The position numbers and the translations under genes were made by a program. A stretch of DNA of 64,000 nt from a virus: IMG/VR virus record IMGVR_UViG_3300028374_000008, positions 1 to 64,000 of that record. One strand, written 5' to 3'. The notes beneath the pieces are model-generated. The model saw only the letters and a list, made by a program, of their open reading frames with translations, made no database searches and was not told the origin of the DNA. How positions within the stretch are numbered: the first letter of the stretch is position 1; each line of letters opens with the position of its first letter. Below are positions 1 through 9,083 of this stretch, piece by piece.

Positions 1-87
1 CAGGCTCTTCAACCTCTTCAGGCTCTTCAACCTCTTCAGGCTCTTCAACCTCTTCAGGCTCTTCAACCTCTTCAGGCTCTTCAACCT
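1..87. repeat. 18-bp tandem repeat CAGGCTCTTCAACCTCTT (codes EEVEEP on minus strand)
   Basis: Four to five tandem copies visible. Confidence 0.95.
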
Positions 88-337
88 TAGGCTCAGCAGG
101 CTCTTCAACGACAACAGGCTCTTCTGCGACGACACCGTCTCCATACTTTGCAGCGTACTCGGCTGCGGTGAGAACTTCGACGTAGCCTTTGCTCTCGTAT
201 CGGTGGACGTGATCGTGATCACGCGCCCAGTCGGGGAGTCTTTTTATGGACCCTTTTTGACCCGCAGGCTTGAGCTCGAATTTTCCATGAAACATGAAAA
301 TCTGCGTCTGCGAGATGTTGATGATGTAGTTGCTCAT
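1..337 (-). CDS. Hypothetical protein with acidic EEVEEP repeats, runs off the window's left end
   Basis: Read by hand: ATG at 337 gives MSNYIINISQTQIFMFHGKFELKPAGQKG...VVAEEPVVVEEPAEPKVEEPEEVEEP, open to position 1. Directly downstream of the capsid gene. Confidence 0.7.
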   Translation of the reverse strand, partial: MSNYIINISQTQIFMFHGKFELKPAGQKGSIKRLPDWARDHDHVHRYESKGYVEVLTAAEYAAKYGDGVVAEEPVVVEEPAEPKVEEPEEVEEPEEVEEPEEVEEPEEVEEP

Positions 338-362
338 GATCGAGTCCCGTCGAGAAAGATAC

Positions 363-391
363 AAAAAGGGCGGAGGCCAAAACCCCCGCCC
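363..391 (-). terminator. Intrinsic terminator after the major capsid gene
   Basis: Minus strand GGGCGGGGG-TTTTGG-CCTCCGCCC followed by TTTTT, just past the stop at 402. Confidence 0.8.
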
Positions 392-401
392 TAATGGTGT
401 A

Positions 402-1304
402 TCAGGTGATGGTGCACTTCACCAGGGAAGCGGTGTTACCGATTCCGATACCAGGCGCGGCGTACGAGAAGAACTCGATCATGTCCGCTTCCTGTTTGAT
501 GTAGAGCGTTGCGTCCTGAAGAAGGAAGAAGTTCCCCAGGTACTCTTGCGGCCCGAAGACCCAGAACTCATCGTTAGGCAGGATGTCGTTCTTGATGGTC
601 GTGATGACGGGGAACCCGAAGAGAGTGTTCTCCGACTCCACACCTTCGTCGTAGTGCCGCGACGCAATCCGGTCACCAACCGACGTAGCCGGCAGCGCCA
701 GGACGTCGTAGTAGAGTTCCTTCGTCATCAGAATCTTGCCGATCGGAATCCGACGGTTGAGAAGATTCTGGAACGCTTTGACGAACGCCTCAGCTTCAAG
801 ACCAGCATTCGTCACGATCTGCGTGGTTGCCGTCGCAATTGCGTCGATCGTCTCGTAGAACCGGCTATCCTCTTCATCGGCCATGTCCTTGACGGAGTTG
901 TCCGACAGGATCTTGCGGATGTCGTTCTGGTACGTCATCAGCTCGAACTTCGACTTCTGGAATCGCTGTGATTCCGTCTTGCCGAAGTACACGGCGTAGC
1001 GCGGGCCTTTGAACCAGGTTCGAGGGCCAGTGCCTTTGAAAGGGACGAACGTTGCACGGGAATCCGGCTCGATCTCAACGATCTTTTTCGGCAGGTCCGT
1101 GTTTTCGTCGCGATCGATTTCGTCGTCGCTAAGCAACTGCGGCGGAAGAATTTCGCGAGCGAAGGACGACTGACGAAGCTTTGAGCGGATAAAGGCAGAG
1201 CCTTCCTGCTGGGCTTCTTTCACTCGGCCGTCTTCGATTTTACGAAGAAAGCTCGAGTTGATCAGCTGGGCCGTGACCCGCGAGGTCTCGGTGTTATATG
1301 ACAT
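402..1304 (-). CDS. Probable major capsid protein
   Basis: 300 aa; last gene of the head block with its own terminator; N-terminal VKEA site then F.R.KLR...FAR.ILPP pattern recalled from jumbo-phage capsids. Confidence 0.7.
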   Translation of the reverse strand: MSYNTETSRVTAQLINSSFLRKIEDGRVKEAQQEGSAFIRSKLRQSSFAREILPPQLLSDDEIDRDENTDLPKKIVEIEPDSRATFVPFKGTGPRTWFKGPRYAVYFGKTESQRFQKSKFELMTYQNDIRKILSDNSVKDMADEEDSRFYETIDAIATATTQIVTNAGLEAEAFVKAFQNLLNRRIPIGKILMTKELYYDVLALPATSVGDRIASRHYDEGVESENTLFGFPVITTIKNDILPNDEFWVFGPQEYLGNFFLLQDATLYIKQEADMIEFFSYAAPGIGIGNTASLVKCTIT

Positions 1305-1371
1305 GACATTCCTTGTGTCGTTGTTTGTAGTTACACGCCTCCGAAGAAGCGCTTACTCACCCCTCGCGGGG

Positions 1372-1911
1372 TTATCCAGCAGCGCCGCCAACAGTAATCG
1401 TCAGCACACCACCTGCATCTTCTTCCTTCCGCACTTCACCGAACTGTCGCAGTCCAGGGTTGTCAGTCGGAATTCGAGCAACAGCACCTGCGTTGGCGGT
1501 GACAGCTTCACCGACAGCGTAGGAGCCTGCATCGAAGTTTGTGGTCTCGAACTGGTAGTGGCCGCGAATAGCGACCAGCTTGTCCGCGATGTACTCAGAA
1601 CCGTCTGAGCCGCCGCCCTGCTTGAGGCCGTCGTACTCGTTATCGGTGTTACCCGAGACAACGAGCCACAGCTGCGGAAGAGTGACAAGCGCCAGAGCGA
1701 GGTCTGCACCGCCGTCGCTCGCGGTGACAGCGCCCGCGAGGTCTGTTCCCGTTGCGCGGTCTACAGCGTCAGCTGCGTTGCCTGTGAGGTAGACAATGTC
1801 TCCCTCAGTAAGCGCGGTGGAAACGCCCGAGTCGGGCACGAAATTGTCTTCGATGGTTGATTCGTCGGGCCACCCGCGAATCACGTCGAATGCTGCGTTG
1901 AGAAGGCTCAT
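1372..1911 (-). CDS. Putative capsid decoration/cement protein
   Basis: 179 aa, beta-rich G/A/V/T composition, immediately upstream of MCP. Confidence 0.5.
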   Translation of the reverse strand: MSLLNAAFDVIRGWPDESTIEDNFVPDSGVSTALTEGDIVYLTGNAADAVDRATGTDLAGAVTASDGGADLALALVTLPQLWLVVSGNTDNEYDGLKQGGGSDGSEYIADKLVAIRGHYQFETTNFDAGSYAVGEAVTANAGAVARIPTDNPGLRQFGEVRKEEDAGGVLTITVGGAAG

Positions 1912-1941
1912 GTGTATCTCCTAAACCTTTCGGTTGTGGTG

Positions 1942-2304
1942 TTAGCTCAATGCCCACTGAATGAAGCGAGCGTCTGCAATATCGCCGTTTGACGAAGCAG
2001 TTTTGGTGCGTCGAGGTGTTCCCAGAGCATCTGCCTCTTCAAACGCGGCGAGCTTGTCGAACACAGCTTTGACGTCATCATCGTCGCTAGACGCGATCTT
2101 TTTGAATACGTCCTCGGCCGCAGTGGCGTCGCCCGTTGCGCGCTTGTAGCGCTCTGCGAGCGCAGCGGCTTTGGTCGTGATTTCGGCGTCGCGCGCTTCT
2201 TGCTGTACGCGCTGCTGTTCCGTCGCCGTCTTTTCGAGTTCTTCGATGTAGTCGGCGCTGGCTTCGAGGACAGCCGCAATTTTTTCGAGAGGATGTGCAC
2301 TCAT
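1942..2304 (-). CDS. Head scaffold-like/internal protein with K-x-A motifs
   Basis: Helical 120 aa with EKIAA, EKTAT, KKIAS, DKLAA, TKTAS. Confidence 0.6.
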   Translation of the reverse strand: MSAHPLEKIAAVLEASADYIEELEKTATEQQRVQQEARDAEITTKAAALAERYKRATGDATAAEDVFKKIASSDDDDVKAVFDKLAAFEEADALGTPRRTKTASSNGDIADARFIQWALS

Positions 2305-2308
2305 GTCG

Positions 2309-2443
2309 TTACCTGTTTACTTTGCGTTTCAGCGTTTCCAGGCCCGTCAAAGCCTCGAGTAATTGCGCTGTCTTGATGGTCTTGTCGACCTGCGCGCGAC
2401 TGCGGCATTGCTCTGCCAGCTTACGAAGTTTCTTAGTGTCCAT
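2309..2443 (-). CDS. Small hypothetical head protein (44 aa)
   Basis: Read by hand: MDTKKLRKLAEQCRSRAQVDKTIKTAQLLEALTGLETLKRKVNR; fills the gap between neighbours and has KLA/KTA. Confidence 0.55.
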   Translation of the reverse strand: MDTKKLRKLAEQCRSRAQVDKTIKTAQLLEALTGLETLKRKVNR

Positions 2444-2648
2444 GGAGCGACTCCAGCAGCGCAGCTACGTCACTGAGCATCACTTCAGACTCTGAAGTGC
2501 GGAGCTCCTGCGCAGCTTGCTTGAGTCGCTGTGCTGTTTGCGACGTATTTTCGTCAGGCGCATCGTGTGCGCTTGCGAGTTTTGTTTGTTCGCGCTCCTG
2601 CCGTCCTTCGTGGATAGCGGTAGCGACCATGTCGGCAATCGAACCCAT
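2433..2648 (-). CDS. Small hypothetical head protein
   Basis: 71 aa, TKLAS and LKQAA, start overlaps upstream stop. Confidence 0.6.
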   Translation of the reverse strand: MGSIADMVATAIHEGRQEREQTKLASAHDAPDENTSQTAQRLKQAAQELRTSESEVMLSDVAALLESLHGH

Positions 2649-3298
2649 CAGTAGTACCCCATCTGCGGACGTGAAGGCGGCCGTCCTGAGCCGCCAATAG
2701 AGTTAAGAACGCCACTTGCACGCTCCATGAGCTTAGGCGCTACAGCGCCAGTAGCCATACCCGCGCCAAATGCCAGGTTGCGGTTCTTCTCACCAATTTC
2801 TTGGCCCTGGTAGCGCCCCAGGCCGTATGCCCCGCCACCGATAGCGCCAGCTCCGAGAGCAGCAGGCAGGTAGCCAATACCGCTCCGCCCAGCTTCTTCG
2901 ACGACTTCTTCAGTCGCGTCGTCTGCAGCATTTGCGTTAGGCGGTGCACCCGCCGGCGCCTTCTGCGTGGCATCGTCCGCTTTTCGCGTGGCATCGTCCG
3001 CTTTTCGCGCGGCATCGTCCGCTTTTCGCGCGGCATCATCAGCGGCGTTTGATGCGTCTTGAACTGCTTTTTGCGGTGCAGCTTTAGAGGCAGCAGCCGC
3101 GTCGTCCACACGTTTTACCGCCTGCGCGCCGTCCCCGATGTCACCGAGGAAGCTGCCAGCGCCTCCGCGGGAGGCTTTATTGACGAACCAATTCATACCG
3201 CGCGCAAGAGGGTTAGCCTCTTTCTGCATCAGCGGCGCCCCAACGTCAGCAAAGGCTGCGCGGTAGAGGCTTGCGTAATCGGCGAGAACGTCGGTCAT
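2648..3298 (-). CDS. Putative internal virion protein with ADDAARK repeats and glycine-zipper segments
   Basis: QKEA after a short leader; 21-bp tandem repeats; ALGAGAIGGGAYGLG. Confidence 0.65.
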   Translation of the reverse strand: MTDVLADYASLYRAAFADVGAPLMQKEANPLARGMNWFVNKASRGGAGSFLGDIGDGAQAVKRVDDAAAASKAAPQKAVQDASNAADDAARKADDAARKADDATRKADDATQKAPAGAPPNANAADDATEEVVEEAGRSGIGYLPAALGAGAIGGGAYGLGRYQGQEIGEKNRNLAFGAGMATGAVAPKLMERASGVLNSIGGSGRPPSRPQMGYY

Positions 3299-3300
3299 GT

Positions 3301-3900
3301 TTACTGCCCGGCCAGGTGTGAGACGACTTCTTCAGCGTCAGCGAATCCCCGCTCGAAGCAGTCATCCGCGTACTCAGCAATCTTCTCCATGGCAGCGACC
3401 ACACCGCGCGCGTCTTCGTCAGCTGCGTGCTTGGTGTTGCGGTACGCAGCTTCTTTCTGCTGACCAACAAGCTGGTTAAGCGCGTTCTCGGCTTCAGCGT
3501 AGCCAAGGTCTGCTGCCAGTTTGACTGACTCATGTGTGGAGCCGCCGCCCTGTTGGGCGTTGGCGACTTTCTGTCGCGGTGCTCCAGCAGCGTACTGATT
3601 GGCCCGCGAAACAAAGCCGTCAAAGACTGCAGCGCCGTAGAGCTGTGCTTCTTTGAGGGTCATCGTCTGCTCAGCGTCAGCGAGATCGCTTGCGACCTTT
3701 TCGAGCGTAGCAGTTGCCGACGCGTCGTTTTGGTTCGAGGCGACTTTGGTCTGCTGAGGGTGCACGCCTTCTAAAGCGCTTTCCAGAGCGGCCCGCTTTT
3801 GGTCGAGGTCGTGCACTGTTGCCGGTGCCGACGCGACTTTGGTCGTCTGTGAGTCAGCAACCCCATTGAGGTCGTTGAGGATGTCTTTGATCGAAGGCAT
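3301..3900 (-). CDS. Putative scaffold/internal head protein, K-x-A rich
   Basis: About nine K-x-A sites (TKVAS twice, EKVAS, LKEAQ, QKVAN, VKLAA, QKEAA, TKHAA, EKIAE). Confidence 0.65.
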   Translation of the reverse strand: MPSIKDILNDLNGVADSQTTKVASAPATVHDLDQKRAALESALEGVHPQQTKVASNQNDASATATLEKVASDLADAEQTMTLKEAQLYGAAVFDGFVSRANQYAAGAPRQKVANAQQGGGSTHESVKLAADLGYAEAENALNQLVGQQKEAAYRNTKHAADEDARGVVAAMEKIAEYADDCFERGFADAEEVVSHLAGQ

Positions 3901-3985
3901 GTCTATTCCTTGTTAACGTGGTGATCACGAGATCGGGTCACGGTAGCGCCATATTAAACGACAAGATCTGCAAATCCAAGTCCTT

Positions 3986-5941
3986 TTAGGACAGTATTGA
4001 CTGACCAATCAAGGAGCAAAGATCATCAAGATCTACTTCATCGTAGGACATGGGGTCATGTGACGCCAGTTTAGTTGCGCGTTTGTACAGCTGATTAAGT
4101 AAGTGTCCAACGCCGCCTACACCAGCCGATGTGCCGATGGTAGTGGATATTGGGTTCGCACGTGCGACGTTCCCGAGACCTGCAGGGGCGACGGACCCGT
4201 GGTCTTGTGCGAGTAGTCCCGTCAGGAGAGCGCCGCCTGCAAGAGGCACGACAAGCTCCAACGGTACAGAGCTGCGTTTTTCAATAAACTCTGTATTTAC
4301 AGGGACTTTGATGCCCTGGTCGGTGTCGAGCTTGTCCACGCCTTGGCCTTTTATGAGCCCATATGTGCCGCCCATGGCGCCAAGTGCTGCAGGCGCAGCG
4401 AGCCACGGGTACTTTGAGCTTAAGACTTTGTAGCCGCCGCCCATGATGGCAGACAATCCCGCCAGTTCGGCCATCTGTTTCTTTGTGTTCTCTGTGTCCG
4501 CACGCTCTGCTGCGCGGCGCGTTGTCTGGTACGTACGCCCCGATTTAGGGTCACGCCACTCGAGCACTTGATGTGTCGGGGTGTAGTACGCGCCGTCGGC
4601 AGACATCTCTTCGCCAGGCAAAAGCGCCATGATGTTGGATTTGTCGACCAGCGGGCCTATACTCTCGGGGATGTAGGTACGTGCCAGGTAGTCTTTGTAC
4701 AACGCACGCTTCTCGCGCAGGGGCGCAGCCAGCCGCATGACGTCAGGCGAAACGTACTCTGACGCCACTTTAAAGAAGCCTACGTCTTCTAAGCGTTTGT
4801 AGACGTGAGGCATCTCGGCCATGACCGCGGCCACTTTGCCTTGCGACATCGCTATCCGCTTCTCGACTTCATTGTCTGTGGGAAGTCCATTTTGCGCGGT
4901 CAGGAAGCGGAAAATCTCGACCGTAGTCGGGATCATTCCGAGTGCGTTGAACGAGCTAAAGAGCTGCGGCGATGACACGTGACTGATGGACTGCATCTGC
5001 TCGTGGCTAAGCGTCGGCGTACCGCACAGCCACCCGTTCATCGTACGCAGCAGGTTCTTTGTGTGCTGGTACTCTTCTTCCGACATGGTTACGGAATTGG
5101 TCGTCGGGTTTACCATGTCGCCCGTGATGACCTTGTCGATGTCTGAGACTTTCTGCAGGATCGCGCGCTTCTCGGACAAGTCGTCGACACGCGCACCCAG
5201 CGCGGCACTTGTCTGCAGTGCGTACGGCTCCGCGACCTTTTTCATCGTGTAGCCGATACGGTCTGCTGGCTTGAATACGAAGCTGATGTCAAAGAGATGG
5301 GGTGCGGGGTTCCAGACGTAGTCACGGAAACCGTCAGGGGACAAGCGGTTCATCCCAAACTCAGGGTTCGACCCGTTGACGTGCTCGCAGTACTGCTCTC
5401 GAGTAGGCGCGCGGTTTCCGCACCGGTTGCACACATCGTACTTGATCCGGCAGCCCATCGAGACAGCGGGGAATTCCCCACCATCAATACGGCCTACGAT
5501 GTCCATCGCCTTGGAATTTTCCAGGCTGAGCAGGAGCTCAACGCGGTGCATCTTCCAGTTGTAGAAGGATTTCATGACATCGCCAAAGCCCTTCTTCGGG
5601 TCTTTGTTGATGTGGTGACGGTAGGCCTTTGCGTGCTGCTCAAACGTCTTGTGGTGCTCAGGGAGCGTCTCGCCTGGTGCGACCGCCCACTGCCCTGCAA
5701 TCTTTACAGGCTTTTCCGCGAAGGCGTCGCCGTTGCGGTTTGGCCCGTAGTACTCACTGGCGGACATCGCCAGGACGAGCACAATGGTGCGCCCCTCGAC
5801 AGCATCAATCGTCGAGCAGTAATCCAGTGTGTCCGACGACGCGTATTTGTAGAGTGCACGGTCCCGGGGGTCGATGATTTGACACCGCGCCTCGCCCGTA
5901 CGCTCAAAGTGTTCGTCGAACTGTAGGATCTTTGGGAGCAT
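3986..5941 (-). CDS. Putative prohead (maturation) protease with C-terminal extension
   Basis: NRNGDAF, YRHH, AVSMGC..YDVCNRCG (candidate catalytic Ser followed by Zn-finger), FDISFVFKPAD; lies in the head block. Confidence 0.6.
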   Translation of the reverse strand: MLPKILQFDEHFERTGEARCQIIDPRDRALYKYASSDTLDYCSTIDAVEGRTIVLVLAMSASEYYGPNRNGDAFAEKPVKIAGQWAVAPGETLPEHHKTFEQHAKAYRHHINKDPKKGFGDVMKSFYNWKMHRVELLLSLENSKAMDIVGRIDGGEFPAVSMGCRIKYDVCNRCGNRAPTREQYCEHVNGSNPEFGMNRLSPDGFRDYVWNPAPHLFDISFVFKPADRIGYTMKKVAEPYALQTSAALGARVDDLSEKRAILQKVSDIDKVITGDMVNPTTNSVTMSEEEYQHTKNLLRTMNGWLCGTPTLSHEQMQSISHVSSPQLFSSFNALGMIPTTVEIFRFLTAQNGLPTDNEVEKRIAMSQGKVAAVMAEMPHVYKRLEDVGFFKVASEYVSPDVMRLAAPLREKRALYKDYLARTYIPESIGPLVDKSNIMALLPGEEMSADGAYYTPTHQVLEWRDPKSGRTYQTTRRAAERADTENTKKQMAELAGLSAIMGGGYKVLSSKYPWLAAPAALGAMGGTYGLIKGQGVDKLDTDQGIKVPVNTEFIEKRSSVPLELVVPLAGGALLTGLLAQDHGSVAPAGLGNVARANPISTTIGTSAGVGGVGHLLNQLYKRATKLASHDPMSYDEVDLDDLCSLIGQSILS

Positions 5942-5944
5942 GGG

Positions 5945-6148
5945 TTACCCAGGTAGTTGAGCGGCAGGACCGACCATGGAGTAACCTTTTCGTAGGGCGT
6001 TATCTATATGCTTGTACTCGTCTGTGGCCGCATCACTGAGGCCGCCCGCTTCGTACAGCATCTGCGCGCGAGTTTTTGCCTCTTTTGTGCGCTGATGTGT
6101 AGACAGTCCCGCACACCTCATCGCGCGATTGTATCTGTGCTCAAACAT
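5945..6148 (-). CDS. Short paralog of the upstream virion protein
   Basis: MFEHRYNRAMRCAGL...RTKEAK.RAQ and MVGPA..LPG shared with 6148..7008. Confidence 0.6.
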   Translation of the reverse strand: MFEHRYNRAMRCAGLSTHQRTKEAKTRAQMLYEAGGLSDAATDEYKHIDNALRKGYSMVGPAAQLPG

Positions 6149-7008
6149 CAGTTTGTCCCTTCGTAAGCCATGAGGTTTTGGAGCCGAGATTCCATCGGGA
6201 GGTTGACCGGCGGAAGCTGGTTTAGCGCGTTACGAACAGTGTTGCCCATTGTATCGGCAGGCTGCAACCCGTAGTAGGCGCCGGTGCCCGCGCCGCCAAG
6301 CAAAAGCATGTTGCGAAGCGCGTTTGACGCCTCCGGCGTGGCGTCGGCGAAAGACGGAGCGTCTAAGTCGGGGATGTCGTCCACGACGCTTTCCCGCATC
6401 GTTGGCTCGCCGGGGATGTCGTCCACGACGCTTTCCCGCATCGTTAGCGCGGGCGTTTCGTCTGCGTAGGTTACCTCGGGTATCTCGTCCACGACGCTTT
6501 CCCGCATCGTTAGCGTGGGTCTTCTTTGTTCCATCCGCCGCTGCGACTCCGCTTTTAAACGTGCCTCCTGAGTGGCGTACCGCTTTTCTACAGCCCGGCG
6601 CGGGCCGCCAGGCAGTATTTCCGCGGGGCCGACCATGTTGTACTCCTCGGCGTTAGCACGCTCGATGTTGTGCGGTACGTATGTTGTATCATAAGCGTTG
6701 GCAGCGTAGTAACCACCCTCACCCTCGCGCATTTTACTACGGCCACCGCGCCTCTGACGGTAAAGCTCGGGCGTGTACATCGTGTCGCGCCACGGATCGG
6801 TGAGGTACGGGTCCTTCCAGTACTTGTATCCAGGCCCCGCCTTGTCCTCAGGGGCGGCGACAAAACCGTCCCGAAGGAGGCGGGCAACTGCGTTATCACT
6901 GAGATCCCCTGCCTCAAACAACTCCTGCGCGCGCGACTTCGCTTCTTTCGTGCGAAGAGGCAGCAGTCCCGCACACCTCATCGCCCTGTTGTACCCGTTC
7001 TCAAACAT
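6148..7008 (-). CDS. Putative internal virion protein
   Basis: Start moved to ATG 7008 (AGGAGA upstream); leader ends RTKEA; three TMRESVVD(D/E)IP repeats; hydrophobic Gly-rich C-terminal segment. Confidence 0.65.
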   Translation of the reverse strand: MFENGYNRAMRCAGLLPLRTKEAKSRAQELFEAGDLSDNAVARLLRDGFVAAPEDKAGPGYKYWKDPYLTDPWRDTMYTPELYRQRRGGRSKMREGEGGYYAANAYDTTYVPHNIERANAEEYNMVGPAEILPGGPRRAVEKRYATQEARLKAESQRRMEQRRPTLTMRESVVDEIPEVTYADETPALTMRESVVDDIPGEPTMRESVVDDIPDLDAPSFADATPEASNALRNMLLLGGAGTGAYYGLQPADTMGNTVRNALNQLPPVNLPMESRLQNLMAYEGTN

Positions 7009-7032
7009 CAGTTGTCTCCTCAGGAACATGCG

Positions 7033-7875
7033 TTACTGCGTCAAAAGCTCTTCGACAACGAACTCGCGGTTAAGCGCACGGATACTCGCGACTTTCTCGG
7101 TCTGCTCTACGCCGTCCAAAAGCTCGTCGAGGTAGCAGGCGGTGGCCAGGTGTGCTGCTTTTTCTCGGTTCAAGACTTGTCCAAGGATGGGCTCTTGGGC
7201 CGACCCCATCTTTTCGCCGCGCCGAAACTGGTCCATCGCAGCGTAGTTTTTCTGGCGCTGTGAGTCGATGGCCTGGTCGTCGATCATCTTTTTGCCGCCG
7301 TACCCCAGAAGGCCCAGCCCGCCTACGCCCACGGCGGTTTGCAGAGCTCGGTTGCGTGCATCTTCGGTGAAGTCGTCACTCAACGCGCTTCCCGCGGCGT
7401 ACCCCGGGACGGCGAGCCCTGTGCCAACAGCGCCTGCCTGGAGCAACTTCTTGCCTGCGTCACGTAAGACAGGGTTTTTGGAGATACCATCTAAGATACC
7501 GCCCATGCCTGCTTCCTTGATACCGTCTACGATCTCTTTGTAGAGAGCGTGCTTGGCGGTCGCGACCTTTTCTTGGCCTTCAAATGCTGGGTGGGACAGC
7601 CTTGCTGCGACTTTGATTTTGTCTGCGAGCGTGAACGCAGTCTTCTTTGGCCGGATGTTCAAGGCCGCGGCGGCCTTGATTCCGTTATGGATGGCGCGCT
7701 GCTCACGCTTACGAATGTGCGCGTGCTTGGCGACGTGTCCCACAGCGTCCGCTACGGAGAAGTCTTGGCGTGCACCAAGGATGTCGAGTAGCGGCGCCGA
7801 CTTTAGGTACGCCACTTTTTGCGTCCCAATAGCACCTTCAAGCGCTTGCCAGAGTAGTTCTTGGTCTACCATCAT
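7033..7875 (-). CDS. Putative internal virion protein, K-x-A rich
   Basis: About ten K-x-A sites and two glycine-zipper segments. Confidence 0.65.
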   Translation of the reverse strand: MMVDQELLWQALEGAIGTQKVAYLKSAPLLDILGARQDFSVADAVGHVAKHAHIRKREQRAIHNGIKAAAALNIRPKKTAFTLADKIKVAARLSHPAFEGQEKVATAKHALYKEIVDGIKEAGMGGILDGISKNPVLRDAGKKLLQAGAVGTGLAVPGYAAGSALSDDFTEDARNRALQTAVGVGGLGLLGYGGKKMIDDQAIDSQRQKNYAAMDQFRRGEKMGSAQEPILGQVLNREKAAHLATACYLDELLDGVEQTEKVASIRALNREFVVEELLTQ

Positions 7876-9083
7876 TTCTCTCCTGTCATAGCGCGATTGA
7901 CGCGTGCAAGGTTTCCGAGTGTGCCGTAGTCCGGCCCGTTGGCAGCCATCATGGCTTCACGCAGGAAGTTTTTGACGGCGAATTCATCTGTCGCCACCTC
8001 CGGCGCGAACCGAACCATCGAAGCAAACGCGCGACGAAGCATGTCGAGCTCACTGTCGCTAGCTTCGCGTAAGAGTGGATCACTGTCCAGAGCCCGCTGA
8101 AACATGGCGTCTTGTGAGAACGACATCGTGGCGTTGCGGGCAGCGCCTACTGCTCCGCCCAACGCTTGGCCCAACAAGTCGTTGATCATCGTGGCGGTGT
8201 TCGAGCCTGCCGTTGACGCGAGGGACTGGACGTATTTGTCTTGGGCCTGCGTTCGGGTGTTGACGCCAAACAGCTCTTTTTCAGCCATGTAGGACAGCGG
8301 CTCGTCTACTGCAGCGATGCCTGTCGCGGCCGCCAAGCCCCCAAGACCTGTTAGCGCTGCTTTGCCCGGCGCAAACTCGTCTGCACTGCGCATTAGCTTG
8401 TCGCCTTGGAGCGTGTAGTCAGCGCCCTGTCCAAACATCTGCTTGGCGGTGTCTATAATGGAGCCTGTATCGAAGTCACGCAGCGCGGTTGCTTTGGGAT
8501 CGCTACCATGCGCCATCAGCTCTTCGAGCACCTTGCTGCCTACCGGCTTGTTGCTCTGGCGGGTGACAAAGTTCTTGAGAAGACCACTTAGCGCGTCGAC
8601 AGCGCCTCCGGTTACTTTACCGACGGGGGCACCTATGCCCGCCACCTTTTGGCGCCGACGAACGAATGTGTTGAACGGGTCAGACATGGGCGTTTCTCCT
8701 CGCATTTGTGCTTCGTTGAGCGGGCCAAGTACACGGTTGTGCTTGAACGCCCGGTCTGCGCCGGCGACGTATCCGCCGCCGCTTATAACGGCGGCCAGAC
8801 CCAGCGGCGTGAATAGGGAGCTAAGCACAGGAGACTCGTCCATGTACTCAGCAATTCTGGGGTCGCCGGGCTTTAAAGTCCCTTTAACAGCTTTGCCTAC
8901 TGGGGTAACAGCATCGCGTATGCTTTTTAAAAGCTTGGGGTTGCGCACATTCTCCGCGCGCTGGCGCATTTGGCCGGCTAAGAACCCGTGGCCTTCCTCC
9001 GCAAGCTGCTCCGCGACGTCGTCGAAACGCCCGGACACCAGGTCTCGGCCCGCCCCCGCAAACTTGTACGCGTCATCATGCAT
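7872..9083 (-). CDS. Putative internal virion protein
   Basis: Likely start ATG 9083 (MHDDAYKFAG), overlapping upstream stop; QKVAG; Gly-rich hydrophobic stretches. Confidence 0.65.
   Translation of the reverse strand: MHDDAYKFAGAGRDLVSGRFDDVAEQLAEEGHGFLAGQMRQRAENVRNPKLLKSIRDAVTPVGKAVKGTLKPGDPRIAEYMDESPVLSSLFTPLGLAAVISGGGYVAGADRAFKHNRVLGPLNEAQMRGETPMSDPFNTFVRRRQKVAGIGAPVGKVTGGAVDALSGLLKNFVTRQSNKPVGSKVLEELMAHGSDPKATALRDFDTGSIIDTAKQMFGQGADYTLQGDKLMRSADEFAPGKAALTGLGGLAAATGIAAVDEPLSYMAEKELFGVNTRTQAQDKYVQSLASTAGSNTATMINDLLGQALGGAVGAARNATMSFSQDAMFQRALDSDPLLREASDSELDMLRRAFASMVRFAPEVATDEFAVKNFLREAMMAANGPDYGTLGNLARVNRAMTGEK

Noticed and set aside
330-971. Long antisense ORFs (e.g. 330..971, 8443..9303, 19354..20154, 32705..33562)
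   Set aside because: Shadow frames opposite well-supported genes in GC-rich DNA.
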